Below are positions 24,101 to 39,100 of a stretch of 64,000 nucleotides of DNA, piece by piece. The stretch spans positions 955,912 to 1,019,911 of the forward strand of contig NMRA01000066.1 in assembly GCA_002633005.1 (NCBI GenBank). Reading direction: 5' to 3'. Within the stretch, counting starts at the first letter, position 1; each line of letters starts with the position of its first letter. A program made the position numbers and the translations under genes. This DNA is from Phoronis australis. Its lineage: Eukaryota > Animalia > Phoronida. Under the pieces are notes generated by a model. The model had not been told where the DNA came from. It worked only from the letters and a program-made list of their open reading frames with translations, and ran no database searches.

Positions 24101-27100
24101 TTTAGCAGTGAACGGGCAACTTTCCAAAAATGCGAATGGCAGTTAAAGAGATAAGAGACTCAGTTATGCCTAGTTCGATTTTTCTTTTTGTCCATCTATA
24201 CAGAACAAAACGCAGCTTTAAATGTGTACTTGATTGATAGTTAATGGTAAATAACTAGCTAGTCATTTGTGGTTAGTTTCTAGTGCACTGATAGTTGTTG
24301 CATTTTACTTAGGGAAAACTAAAGTGCCATCTGCAGAGGGAGGAAGCACATCAAAACTACCAGCACAAAAAGAGGACAAGTCTAAGGAGGAGCCACTGTC
24401 TGGCCTTTCTATCATGTAGGTTGAAACTGGTTTGTAGACTTGTTTTATATTAAAACTGTACTCTAATGGGTTTTCAATCTTTTAATGCATAATTATGAAG
24501 ATTTGAAATGCTGTCAATTGAAAAACCAGGGATGGTGTACTTACTGAATTCTGACTAATTTATTGTAAACTAAATATTTTTTACATTATTTAAGCTATTC
24601 CTTTTTTCTTGAAAATTCCTGTAAAGATTCATTGTTATTTTATTATTTAAAATTGATTGCAAATTGACTGACAGACCACTAACTTGTACCATTCTGCACT
24701 GTTTCCAGTAACCCTAAAGTTTCCTCACATTTCCTCAAGTCCAAGATGACCAATAAGAAAATGGTGAAGATCAGCAGCCTGGACAGGAGGTCTGTCCCGG
24801 CAGAGCAAGATTGGGTCACCGTGGGGGTTGTGGTACAGAAAACAGAGACACGGCAGGGCTCGAATGTACGGTTGCAATTAATTTATTTTACATTTTTTTC
24901 TTCTATGTTTTCTGTCAAGGTTATTAGGTTCTTATCGACAAGTAGATGCATTTATCCATCTAAGTTTCTCCAAAACTAGAATTTAGTTCTAGAAATGTAC
25001 AAAATTCTGAAAGAAAGCTTTATTTGTTATCAATGCTCAAGTTGAAATCTAAAAAAAAACAACTTTATATCAGTTTGCTAAGTTATAAGGTTTTCATTTA
25101 ATGCAGCTTGTCATTCTGTGGTAGCACATGTTCCTGCTTGAAAAACAGTTGAGCGAAAAAATGTTTGAAAAGGCATTATTCCAAGCACCTGAACATCCAC
25201 ATCTATGGCAATGCTAGTGCCAGTATGAGTTGTTTCTGGATCAGCTTTAACCTTGTTTTTTGTGTCAAAATGACGTTATAATTTGAACCCTGTTTTTGTG
25301 TATTTTTTTAAAAATTACATAATTTGATGTTTCACTTTTCTAGGGTAAAAACTTCATCATCCTTAAGTTAAGTGACCTGGATGACTGTGACAAGCTGGTT
25401 GCTCTGTTCCTATTTGGAGATGCCTACACTCAACTGTGGAAGACCACCGTAGGGACGGTAATTGGTATACTGAACGCGGAAGTGATGAAAGAGACCGATA
25501 AGGTTGGTGTTTCTCATTGTTTCCAGTTTTGCGTACCTGGCAGCAGCTAGTGAATTTTTGTCTGCTGAACAGAGGTCCAGACACTTAAAGGGGCATTTGT
25601 CTGTTGTTTAGCTGGCTATTTTAAGATCTTAACTGTGCTTTGAGGCTTAAAACCATTACCACGCTCATCTGATTTTGAGTTGCTGCCCAATGAGCCAGCA
25701 ACATGAGCCACAGCCAATGTGTGCATGCGACATTTTTTGATCCAATTTTTTAAGATCATTCCAAGCATTTTCTTGAGTTTCTGATGATTTTGATGTTCTT
25801 GTTGGTAATGTAAATAATCCTGTTATGGTAAGTAATATTATGAGATTGATTTTAATAGTCGAGTAAAAGACCTATTTTAGTTTTTTTAGCCAGCGAAATG
25901 GCGGAATGCAAGTTAAAAGATTATCAAGGACCTTCAATTCTTATAAATTAGTATTTAATCCCATTTCTTCACAGACCCTCAAGGATGATCCCATTTTAAG
26001 ATTCCCAAACACAAATCTGCTAACTAGCCGCTTAATAGCCGAGGGACAGCAAGGGAAATTCCCATGTTTTATTTATATTTTCACAGTTCGGTCACCACAG
26101 AACATTTGAAATCATGAAATTGATTCAGTGTAGCTTTAGAATGTGATGAAGTCATGCACAATGCATAATGTTCCCCAGATGTGCCTCTATCTCTCAAAAA
26201 CCTTGCCGTATGGTCTTAATATAACTTGGTGTAGTTATTTGTATTTTGGATAACCTCTGCCAATTTCCGAGTATTCCGACAAGTTTGCACTCTCTACTGG
26301 CTGCTTTGTTTTTGTGTCCCTTTCTGATCAACATAATACTCATTAGGCTAATTACTGAAACTCTAGTGTGTGTGAAATGTGAGTTGTTGCCAGGCATGTT
26401 ACGTAAAGTTCTCTTCAAATCATTTCCCTCAGTCCATATCAATTATACTCAAGTAGCAGATTCATGTTATTGTTTGTGAGCCATGTTTTTGGGAGAGTGT
26501 GTTTGAGGACTCATCTAAAGCTAACCTCAAGTTGTAATGTTGATGCTTTTAAAACAAATCGTGGATATTCATTCATAATAAAGACAGTTTCAATGTTCAG
26601 TGAAGTCAAGCTAGGTTGATTTGTAACATGAGCCAACCAAACCAAGACAGGAAGTCCATGCTCTGCATCATGCTTTCTCCGCTTTGACTACAGGAAACTG
26701 GGTCAAGTTGAGGTGTGTGGCGAGATCAAAGAAACCAGGGTGACTAGGTCCACTGGGTGGGTTTTCAAATTCACAATATTCGTCTAATTACATGTTTTAA
26801 ATTTTTAGAGTAAATCTAGCGAGGTAGCCATATGTGTGAACCAACCAGGCAAGGTACTAGTCGTGGGAGAGTCAAAGGACTTTGGAATGTGTAAGGCAAC
26901 GACAAAACTGGGCAAACCATGTACACACTTTGTCAACAAGTAAGTCAGGTTGCATTGGTTGTTAGTTTGATAGATCTGGACTGAAAAACGTCCAAGCTAT
27001 GCTTGATTAGGGCAAATACCTTGAACTTGCCTTAGTTTAAAGTTATGTATGACCTTAAAATGCCTTATTTTGGCTATCCTAGCAATGTCGTACTTTAGAA

Positions 27101-30100
27101 GAATGGTTGATCGTATTCGTATCAATATTTCACATATATGTACTATGCATAATCTTATTAGCAAAATCTTACTTAATAGTTTAAACAAAGATAAATAAGG
27201 TACGGCTAATATTTTTCATTTTCTGTTTTCATTGTTTTATGTGTTAGATATGATGTGAATTATGAACCACCAAGCTTGAATGTATGTTGCAAACGATTGT
27301 AATTTGGACAAAAAATACTTAGTTCAATGTTGGAAAATGTTGTTCTTGGTTGGGCAAGGCGTTAGTTAAAAGATTGTGAGGTAATTGAATCCGGTTACAT
27401 ACGTTCTATAAATATTAATAACTCGTATAATTATTTTCTTTCACTTATCAACTTGATGCACCTTAACCAAATTCAGTTTTAGAATAAATTGACTTTAATT
27501 ATTAAACTAAATATTTTTCCTGTGTTAATGGGAGCAACACGTCTTGGCCACGTTGAACAAGATCCTGGCCATTCTATTTCTACTATTTAGTGAGAATATG
27601 AGCCTAAAATTGTGAGGGCTTGCCAAATGGCCTAGTAGATCTGTTAATACTGATTATGATTGCATAATAATTTGTTTTGTTTTTTAGACGACAGGGGGAA
27701 CACTGTACCTACCACATTCGGCGAGCTTATAATCATATGTCTTCAAAACGGGGAGAACTTCAGAGGTGAGTTATTAATTCAAGCGGCTTGCTGGAAATCC
27801 AGTGATCGAACATTGTGATTTACGAACATAGACAATAGCTACATCAGAATAGTTTGGTATTAGCCTCTCTTTGTGCACAATTTGTTGAATACACTCCAGT
27901 GTTGTCTGTTTATTACTAAAGGGACATTCACTTGAACTCACATTATATCTAATCTCGAGCCATCCTTTCACGTGTCACAGTGATCTACCCTTTTCTTGTT
28001 CCTTGGAGGACCGACAACTATACCTCTGAGGAGATTGGGTAAATGTCTTTTAAAGCAATAAATAGACAACAATGTTATTTATTCAGCAATGGGAGCAGAA
28101 GGCATCCTTCACTTTATCCAATTTCTAATTCTGGTGTGTTAGACAAGCCGAAATGACAGGAATGAAATGCAGTCTCATTCATGGACATTTCAAACAGTTA
28201 GACATTTTTGTGTTTGTCACTTGATTATCCTCACAACAGTGGCAATCTTACAGCATGATTTCATGATTTTCCAAAAGAAATATTCACTCCATAAAATTCG
28301 TACAATGCATCTGCTATTGTATTGCCATCTAGAGACGCATTATGTCACTGCTACTTTGGAAAGTAGCCATTAGCTACATCCACAAATACCACAACGCTCC
28401 TCTGCTTCTGTGGTATTTACCCACAATTCTTTCTCCGCAAGCATTGGGCACTTATCTAAGTGCCACGTGTTTGCATAAAATTAGTGCATCTAATGCCATA
28501 CTGTTCCACGGTGACGAAAGATTTGACATGCAGAACGGGGATGCACTTTTCTGTCTGATTGGACGTGTTACCTGCTTTAACCTTTCAAAAACGTGCGTTG
28601 TGTATGTTGTGGCAGCATTAGTTCGTCTCAGTAGATAAATTTCATTGAGATTTACTATTAGGGACGTGAGCCTGCACATGTTTTGTAGGTTACGTAACAA
28701 ACTGTTTTAATGATGAATTTGTGGTATTACTTTGATTTGTTGTCTTGGGTTTTAATTTTTTGAACTTTGTTTTCAGCATTGCTGGTCGGCAACCAAAGTC
28801 ATTTGAAAAGCGCCTGACCACTGCTGGAAAAGACTTTTTGACCGATAGAGGGGAACTATTCTCGACAGCAATGTAAGGCAGATAAGTGCCATCTGGTGAT
28901 TGCCAGGGGAATTATGTTTCAAATAATATTCCTTCAAAGAAACACTGAATAAACTGATTTGCACAAATTAAAATTAAATCCACATTTATTGAATGAATAA
29001 GAATTGTTCATTTAATAATAAAGTGTATATTTGATTTAGGTTTCAAACGGAAAGCAAATCTGTCGTTAAAATTTCCTTTCAAAAATTGAAAATGAGGCCC
29101 TTTCTCATCCTCCGTGGCTCTCAAAATCAATGTAATAATCTGGCAAGCAAGACTTCTCACCACACTTTCACCTGGTTCTAGTATATTCAAGAAACCAGAT
29201 TACCCCAAGTTGTTTGTAAACGCTGGCTTCTCACCACACGTTCACCTGGCTCTAGTGTATTCAAGAAACCAGATTACCCCAAGTTGTTTGTATACGCTCT
29301 CTTATTCACATAATTATGTAACAGTTCCTTATTTGACTTTATATAAAACTTAATTGACAAGTGTGTGTAGTTAGCTATCTATAAAACCATGAAACACAGT
29401 TTCCTTCCACCCTTGTGAAACCTTTGCTACAATGAAATCTGATGGTGATCACAAGGAGTTTTGTACCTTACAGGAACAGACAGAAGTCTCGTAAGCTCGT
29501 CGGATTGAAGCATGTCGCACAATTTGCCACGAAAGGCAAAGTGTCTACAGCTGCGATTCATTCCCTTCTTCCGGAAGATCGAGCAAAGTTGAAGGAGTTG
29601 AAGAGCATCCAACAGGAGAAATTGTCCGCAAAACAACAAGACTTGTAAGAAGTACATTTTGAAGACATGAATTAGAGGCTACCAAACGTTATATTGAATT
29701 TGAGGTTTAACTAGTTGAGCAATCGTGTGGATCGCTATGAACTCACATGTGATTGGTTTAGTTTTCTACTCAGAAGTTTAAATTGCGTGGATTGTTTCAA
29801 GCAACTTTTCGAGATGCTGTTGCTGAATTTTCTACTCTATGTTTCATATCTTAGTAAAGTTCGGTAGTCTCTAGGCCCTGTTTTCTGATGCAATAGCTTT
29901 TATCAAAAGTCGGCCTCTAAAAATCGATGGAGTTCGAAATAAAATAGCACTATAAGAAAAAACTTCTGTTGATGAAATTTTGTCGATTTCCATTAAAAAA
30001 AAATTGATTGTCAATGTTTTTGAGCTACTATCGGTGACTTCATGTACAAAACAGCCAAAAGTGATATCCGCGGGTTGTTTTCACAGTCTTCTCTTCAGTG

Positions 30101-33100
30101 TTTGTCTGCACCCGATTTATTTGCCCGCCTCACAGCCAGTTCAGTCAGGTCAACTCGCATGTGTCTAAAACAGCTGATTGGCTTGTGAACCAGGAGTTGT
30201 CATCAGCCACCTAACGAAATGTTCTGTAAGGTTGACCCAGGTGACCCAGCACATACCGAGAGAGTGAATGAAATTTGACCTTTCTTGCAGAACATTACAC
30301 AAGTTCTTGATTTGTTGCTTTAAGGGTTATGGTTTGTAGAATGTAATCAAAATCTTTATTATCTAGACAACTTGTTTCTTCTAGTTTGGACATGTTAGCC
30401 AAGCCAACACCGGGTTCAATGCAGCTTATCGCCAGCATGAAACAAAAGGACCAAGAACAGAAAGGTTGGTCTGACATACCTTTTCACTATTACCACTAGA
30501 CTAATACAGGGTGCTTCAGTAGGATGGACCCTGTTTGAAATAGGTAATCATATTGAAACACCCTGTATTTTTCAGTCACTAGGCCAGTGATGTCATCAGA
30601 AACATAACAGTGGTCCGTGCACACTGAGGCACTCTTCTGTTGTTACAGGGTTGCTTGTGTTTTGCTGCTGTTGGCAAGTTTTGAAAATTAATATTGTTCT
30701 AAAGGTTGGGTCAAAATTGAAGGCAGGTGATTAATACCTTTGCAGCGCATGAGGTGTGCTTAGGCCACAAGGTTGGGATCACTTGTTTATGTATTATTGG
30801 AATGCCTTGCGTAGGGGTTTCTCTTGGGGAAAGGTTTCCAGTTTGTCGGTTTTTCATAAGAGGTGTCACTGACTTATATCTGAATGAGATAGCAATGCGG
30901 TCCAGTACGTATGTATCAAACAGTGCTTGGAATTTTCCTCTTGTAAGATGATTTCCTCTTTTTTGGTTTCGATTTCCTCTTATTTGATTTCAAGGTTCCC
31001 CTTTTTTGTGTTTTTCTCATTATTTAGATATCAAAAATATTTTGCACAAGCCTATTTATTTGTTTTAACTTATACATCTCTTGGAAAATTACCCTCTGAT
31101 TTGTCGTTGGTCATTCCAAGATTGGGTATTTTGACTTGCTGCATGTTTGTTTAACATTGTGCAGCATTTGCTTTGACTTGCCTTTTCCAGGTTCATCTAA
31201 AATTGTGAAAAAGCGTTGTGAACAAAACAAGCCTAAACTTGTTTCCAACATTCTATTGCATGTATGTGAACTCATATACCCAATGCCATTGTAATGTGAC
31301 AATCTTATGTTACTTTTGGACACAAAAGACGCTTTTGATTGTCAGTAAAAGTTATTGCGTCCTCTAAGATTACAAATGTCACCAATGATCTTATAACTTG
31401 ACGGCCAGTGAGCAGGTGATAACAGCTGTGTAGATGAAATATCACTATTTTGTTGTGACTGATCAAAGAAATATTACCAGCACACATAAAATAAGAGAAT
31501 AGTGAAAGAGAGACTACTGTCGTGCAGTGTAGTGTGAGCTACTTGAGGACTTTAACGTAGTGGACATCTTTTGATAATGCATCTGTACTTGTCCCAGTAT
31601 TTGGAGCGGACGGTCATATGTACATACATTAAGTATTTAATGTTATTTGGTTTTTGAAATCAGCTGATTGCAATATACATGTTGCCTGAGGCAAATATCC
31701 TGAACAGCCAGTTCCTGCCAATGTCACTGAAAATACTTCTCTGTAAGCCTGCCTGGAATAAGGGTCATTACTAGTAATGCATATTAGGACCTGTCTGAAT
31801 TAGATTGCTTGAGCTAATAAGTAACTAATGAGCACCGAAAGGTCTGTCAGTGCCTGCCCATTTTGAAAATGTCTCGATTTTCCACTGACGACAGTGACCC
31901 CTGTAGTATTTCTAATTTCCACTATAATCCGCATCATACAATGTTGTCCAGAATATAGATATTGTTGTCTCAGTTATTTGAATGTAATTGCGTGCAACCA
32001 GCACTATCTTTGCTCCTCAGAAAATGATCTTAGGATGGACTTTGATCATGATGTGATATTTTTTTTCACATTTGACAATTAAGCAATATTTGTTTTATAG
32101 AGAACACGACAGAGGGCCCTTCTGTACGTTCAGTTAAAGTGTCGGACTTCTTGCGACAGTCTCAACGAGAAATGCAACAGAGGTTTGGCCAGCCATCCCA
32201 GAAACTGTCGGCTGAGCAAGTTGTTCCCAAACTGGGACGAGGGTTCCAACAGGGACAAGACATTATTCTTTCTGTTAGTCCTGGAGTATCTCGTAGCCGA
32301 AGTGCTCTAGTGGCCAAGGTGAGTAATTATTGTTGCAACACTGTTTAGACTTAGCCTGTTATGACAGCTGTAGGAGAACTACATTTCATTCAGCATTCAA
32401 CCAATCACTTTGCATGAAATTTGAAACTTAAGGTGTTCAACATGATTAGTCAATTTCAGAGCAGTTTTGAGCAAGGTTTTTAATAGTCTCTGTTGTCCAT
32501 GTGCAAGAAGACAATAAAAGTAAAAAACACAATTTGTTGTTTTATGATTCGCAAACATTCTGAAATCTTTTATTTACTACAATGAATTAGCAATCCTAAA
32601 GCCCAGTGCTGGGCCATGTTTTGGGTTGGAACTTTTAAATTTTATTACTTATTTAATATGTCAAGTTAGCATTCTTAATGCACATGATAAAATCATTGAC
32701 CAAATGGAGTTGCTTGATTTCTTAAACGGAAAAAATTCACCACCGCTAAATTGATTTGTGTGACATTTACAATTTTGTCTGAACCTTAATGAGGGCTTTG
32801 TGTTACTCAAGAAGCTTCAGTGTACTAGCTAGAGGTGGGAATCGGAAAGAATTTCAGAATCGTTTAATTAGAAATGTTTACAACTTCAGGCTCAAATCTG
32901 TAGGTTTGTGAATGACATTGTCACTGAGTACTGGCAAGATTGTTTACGATGATAGGCAATGAAATTGGATCAAAGCATCATTGGATTTCCTGTTTCTCTA
33001 GCGAACAACTGATGACGCTGGCCATACAAAGGGTTTTTGTCCTGTTTATTCGACATTTTAAGCATTTTAGCGAAACAGCATTGGTGTGCGGCCATGGAGA

Positions 33101-36100
33101 CTTCGCCTCATTTACGTGGATTTTTAACCTTTTTAGCGAGACCACAACATTGATTTTTTTTCATATTTTTATTTTGCTCTAGCATGATAATTACATGTCA
33201 CGTAAAACAACAGTAAACATCATTTACAAAGAATAACATTAAATCATTACTCAACAAGTACCACATTTCCTTCAGGATGTAATTTAATAAAGTTAATGAA
33301 CAATTGGAAATTAAGATTTTTTCACAAAATTTTGGCTAAATATGTAATTTTTCTTAGCATGATCAACAGATTAATGTTACAATTTTCCGACTGAATGTTT
33401 TCCAAAAAATCAAAAAACACTGTTATCTTGTCCACATGAAAATTTACATGAAATGTTTGTTTTAACCACTCAGCAAACACGAGCACATTGATTTTGATTC
33501 GACATTTTACTTAAGCACAATGTTTGTGACATATAAACATTGCATCGTGAGACATACTGGCAAGTTTGTGATCGTAGTGGGGTGTGCTTCTTCATTGCAG
33601 CATAAAGCTATCGCCAAGATAGCTGCCAAAGGAGGCATTGAGAAGGAGGATCCAAACACTTTGCGCCGAAAGTTGAAGTCGCCAGAACACGTTGAAGTTC
33701 TCAAGAGGCGTGCTGCAGAGGACTCCACTGGTTTGTACTTTGCCAGTCAGTGGCCCTTTTTATATTACCCTCTTCTCTGTCTTGGCATCCGCAGCTTTAT
33801 CTCCTAAACTCTGGTAGGATTTTGTTGAGATTTGGCACATGAGTTCCTATGAAGCTGACGACAGACGGCAACAAATTTCGGACCTCTCCAACTACCAGTG
33901 TGCCTCCTTGTGGCAATTTTAGTTTTTTGTGTTTACCTCTATATCTTCAAAGGTCCTCAAGGGTTTAAAAAATTTGGCAGGTAGGCATCTATTAGTGAGA
34001 TGACGCTATCACCTCGTTTTCGGAAGTACTTTGCAGCACCTATTGGCCATTTTTACTGTTTTTTACTCTGTTTTTTGGCGTCCGCCCCTCTGTCAACCAA
34101 ACCACTCTAGGGAAGATTGTGAAAATTGGCAGTTTGTTCCTAATGTGAGGTTGTAAACAATTTGAAAGCACTGTTATGTTAGTTTTGATGTGTTTTGCTT
34201 TTAGGTTTCCGAACAGCTTGTAAGTAAATCTAGAGTCGGTGTGTGAAGTTGACCTATGGTTTAAGTTCATTCTTGAATTAATAACTTTGGCGACTTACTG
34301 TACCAGACAAAAGTAATCAGACAAAAAGTTGTTTTCCTGTCATTACGGCTAATTCTATAAAAAAAAGTAAAAATGACTGTTAACAATTATTGTGACAGCA
34401 AAATTATACTTACAGAACGATATAGTCACTTTACAAACTTTATTGTTAATTCCCCTAGTTTTGTACATTTTTGTTCGTTAGGAAGGCCCGCCCTGACGAT
34501 CAATTTGGCTTCCACCCAGCTGTTGTGACGGGAATTCGAATCATTTTGTCGGATTTTTGGTGTGTGCTGTATATGTGACTGCGGTTACTGCATACACCTC
34601 AAATTAATACTTGAAGTATTGTGTCCTCTGGAACTTTTCTCTCTGGTTTATGCAGATAATCACACAGACGAAGATACACAGAACATTACTCCTCCAAAAA
34701 AGAAATCGAGGCTATTAGGAAACTTGGACTTGGATTCCGAGGAAGTCCAGAAACTTCTCAAGAAAAAGTCAAAGCATGCGGGAATTCTGGCTGAGGTTTG
34801 TTTACTTGTCATGTGTTTGAAGTTTGTGCAATGCATCCTCACTGTTTCTTTTCATGTGAACGTCTTCATTATAACCATAGGTTACAGCGTCTCGAGAAGT
34901 TATAGGTTGCGGTATTTTTTTTCCTGTTAACCGCACACAAGACAGTAATTGCTGCACACCTGCAGAGGCGTGCCTATACAGAGCTGTCCTAACCAGAGCC
35001 GGTTTATTGGATCAGCTGACTAGTTATGGTCAAAAAGAGCCACATTGAGTGCATATCTTGCGAGGCATGAACAATGAAACACACACCCTCTGCACATGGT
35101 GCAACTTTGACAGAGCGCGTAATCATAATCCAGCACTGTCAATAGAAATAGGTCACAGCAGGAGATGCAGCTCTAAGTTGATCCCCGCACGCTATACGAC
35201 AGCTACTGCACAGCGATAATGCGTGCCTAATGCAGCATCATGTGCAACAACTTTTACGATCTCCTTTATCTAAGAGCAGTATCTAAGGCTCTTTCGTTCA
35301 TCATATTTATTGGTGCTATGATCCTACGTTCTAACCACTTCCTTGTTATAATCTCCACTTGTTCGTTATTTAGTTTGCAAGTTATTTTTGGGCTTGGAAA
35401 TAACGTGATTATTCTTTTCTCTAGACCATGTCTGATACACAAAATGACCCGTCAGATCAATTGACAATTTGCTCAGCCTGATCTCAAACAATAGCAAACT
35501 ACCTGTTCTTCCCAATACCAGAAATCTTTTTCAATGAGTGAGATACAAATTAGACCAATTTATGTAACATTAAGTGGTCTAAATAANCAGCGTCTCGAGA
35601 AGTTATAGGTTGCGGTATTTTGTTCTCCTGTTAACCGCACACAAGACAGTAATTGCTGCACACCCAGTTTCTGCAGAGGCGTGCCTATACAGAGCTGTCC
35701 TAACCAGAGCCAGCTTTATGGAATCAGCTGACTAGTTATGGTCAATAGGAGCCACATTGAGTGCATATCTTGCAAGGCATGAACAATGAAACGCACACCC
35801 TCTGCACATGGTGCAACTTTGACAGTGCGCGTAATCATTATCCAGCACAGTCAATAGAAATAGGTCACAGCAGGAGATGCAGCTCTAAGTTGATTCCCGC
35901 ACGCTATACGACAGCTACTGCACACCGAAAATGCGTGCCTAATGCAGCATCATGTGCAACAACTTTTACGATCTCCTTTATCTAAGAGCAGTATCTAAGG
36001 CTCTTTTGTTCATCATATTTATTGGTGCTATGATCCCAAGTTCTAACCACTTCCTTGTTATAATCTCCACTTGTTCGTTATTTAGTTTGCAAGTTATTTT

Positions 36101-39100
36101 TGGGCTTGGAAATAACGTGATTATTCTTTTCTCTAGACCATGTCTGATACACAAAATGACCCGTCAGATCAATTGACAATTTGCTCAGCCTGATCTCAAA
36201 CAATAGCAAACTACCTGTTCTTCCCAATACCAGAAATCTTTTTCAATGAGTGAGATACAAATTAGACCAATTTATGTAACATTAAGTGGTCTAAATAAAC
36301 GTTTTTGATGGAATATGTGTTAATGGCATCTTTAACTGAAGATTCGCTCGTTTTGATTTGATAGGACGTGCTCAAACATCAGCTTAGTTTATTCTTGTTG
36401 GCAGTAGAAGTAAGAACGGTAGTTTTCAAAATAAGCTGGACAACTTTGAAAGTCGATGCCAAAATCTCGCCTAGAATCCATTTCAACCACTGGCTTATTA
36501 AAATCTTGACGAAATATCAACAGTTGTCATTTCCAGCCCACCAGGTTACTTTGTGGATTTAAATAGGTGGTGATAGGCAGTATTACCATGGCGTCCACTT
36601 GTGTAATACGCACCTTGTGCAATATCAACTGCTTTGGAAATACGTGGCTGCAAATCTTTAAAACTATTAAAGAGGCAATAACCCGCTTTCTGTCAAAATC
36701 TCAAATTTTCTCTTTGTCAGTTTGAAGATGATTTCAAGGCTTCACAAGAACCAACAGTCTGTTATTGGCCGAGACCAGGCTCTACAAGTTAGCTTGTCAC
36801 AGCTTGTCTTTTATGCTTTTAACATCATGTCTCTTGGATTAACAAACTGACAGTCTCTTCCAAACCCAGAAATCACTTCTTATCTGAGTAAGGGACAGTT
36901 TGGGATGAGTCTGTAGCAGTAAATGGCACAAATCAAAAGTTTGGTCCATGAACAGAACCTGGCTTTATAGACACTTTAAATTTGGCCAGTTTACAGATTT
37001 TTGTGATAAACTGAAAAAATGTAACATTTAACAAAATGATTAGGTGTCGTTACTTCAGCTTTGTGTGACGTTTAAATTTTGTGCTGTATTCAAACAGGTG
37101 GAAATGGAACGCCAAGAGAAGTACTTTAATGCTCTTGAAAAGAAGGAGAAAATGGAGGAGAAAATGTCTACCATTATGGAGAAAACTGTGACTGTTGTGG
37201 TTTGTAAAAAGGTAGGGCACTTATATCACTACCATCTTGGCTTGTTGGTTATTAATTTCAGAAAAGTATTCTATGGACGCTTACATTACACAAACTTGTC
37301 CTTGACTATAGTATTAGTATTGCATGCTATCAACAGATAATTATTGGTGTTGTTGTTGTTGTTGTTGTTGTTGCTGCTGCTGCTGTTATATCAGTGCATG
37401 CATTTTGAACATAAGCCTATCTTCACATACGGGTGCATCAGCCTATTTGTGCGTGTACAAATCACAACAAAATTAGTGACCTTACATTGTCCCACTTTCA
37501 GTGTGCCTACTCCGCCTTCACGCAGTCTGACCTGTGCAAACAACAGGGTCACCAGGTGGTAAGGACCAAGGCCAAACAACGGTACTTCAAGTGTAAGGAG
37601 TGTAACGGACGTACATCGTCGTTTGATAGGCTCCCGTCAAAACCTTGCAAGTATGTAAATTCATGTGCAGGAAGTTTTATAATTGTTATTCTTAATTGTT
37701 ATTTGAAGCTGTATTGTGTCCTGTTTGACTGGCCAGAAACCAAAATCAATACTGGTCTTGTACTCTCATGAAATTTTTCTCATAATTGTTTTCTCTGTGA
37801 TTGGATTCTATTCCAACAATGTCATCCAAACCGTCAGCAAACCCATTTGTGAGAGTAAAAGGCCGCGCTTGTTTTTCATTTTTAGCCACCTAATCAGGGC
37901 AGCATGCAGTTTTACGTTGTCGTTAGTATTAAACTGCCTTTCATATGGATGCTAAGATGTCTATGGTCATAGACAGAGTTGATATTTTCAAACAAAATAT
38001 ATTATTTTAACTTTGACAGCTTCTGCCTGAATCGATGAGGGTTACTACACCCTTTGTCTTTACCTTGTACAGTATGCCCTTTTATTTACATACTACATGC
38101 TTTAAATGTAAAAATTCGTGTAAATATTGCAAATTTATTAGGGAAATTTTATTTATTACATTGATAAACACATAGATACACATACAACAGATACATAAAA
38201 TGAATAATACATTGTCTTCATGACTTGCGAAATTGACATAAATTACAATGTTCTTCTTTTAGAAAATGTGGTGCTAACAACTACGAGAGAGTTTCCATGT
38301 TTAAGGTTAGTATTGCAAATGCTTCAACTGTCTATTTCACTTATCAAGGGTCACTTTTCCTCATATTTCTTTTTAAAAACAAATGTATATTACATACCAG
38401 AAAATGTGCTAGAACAATGCTATGATATTTGTAGTATGGGAACTTTTGATATTTCGTTGAGGTCTTCGTAAATTCCAAAAATGCGAAAATTTTGGCACAA
38501 ACCAAAATATAAAATTTTGGTGCAAACCAAAATATAAGCTCACAAATTCTATAATTTATAATATTCTGTTTAAAACAAAAACATGTCAGGTATTTCCTGT
38601 CTGTTAGTGTTAGTCCATGTACTTCATTTTGATATTCTGCATGTTAAAAGGCCACGGAAGTATATCCTAGATACGGTTTTGTTGAAAATAGAATGGTTAA
38701 AATAGAATTTGCAATTCGGTGCAAAAACGTTCACATGTGTGAAGGTCATGGCAAACTCTGTAAAGTCACAATTTTTCAAAAAAACATGTACATGAGACTG
38801 CAAACACCTTGGCTTTATTTTTGTGGAGACAATATGCTTCTGTGGTCAGCATTGGTTTTAAAGATATGGTTTATTGAGTTAAAAATCAGAATTACGAGGA
38901 AAAAGTGACCATTGGTAATGAGATTGTATTAAATGTGAAAGGTGTTTACGTCTGACTATATAAAATACTTAATTTCATTGAAATTTCCCAACATTATGGG
39001 CGTATGCGCCCTTATTCAGTGGTACAGAGCATGTGAAGTTTGGTTTTACCTCTGTGTCAGTGAAGGACGATGGATAGTGTATGATTGTGTGATTTTTTTA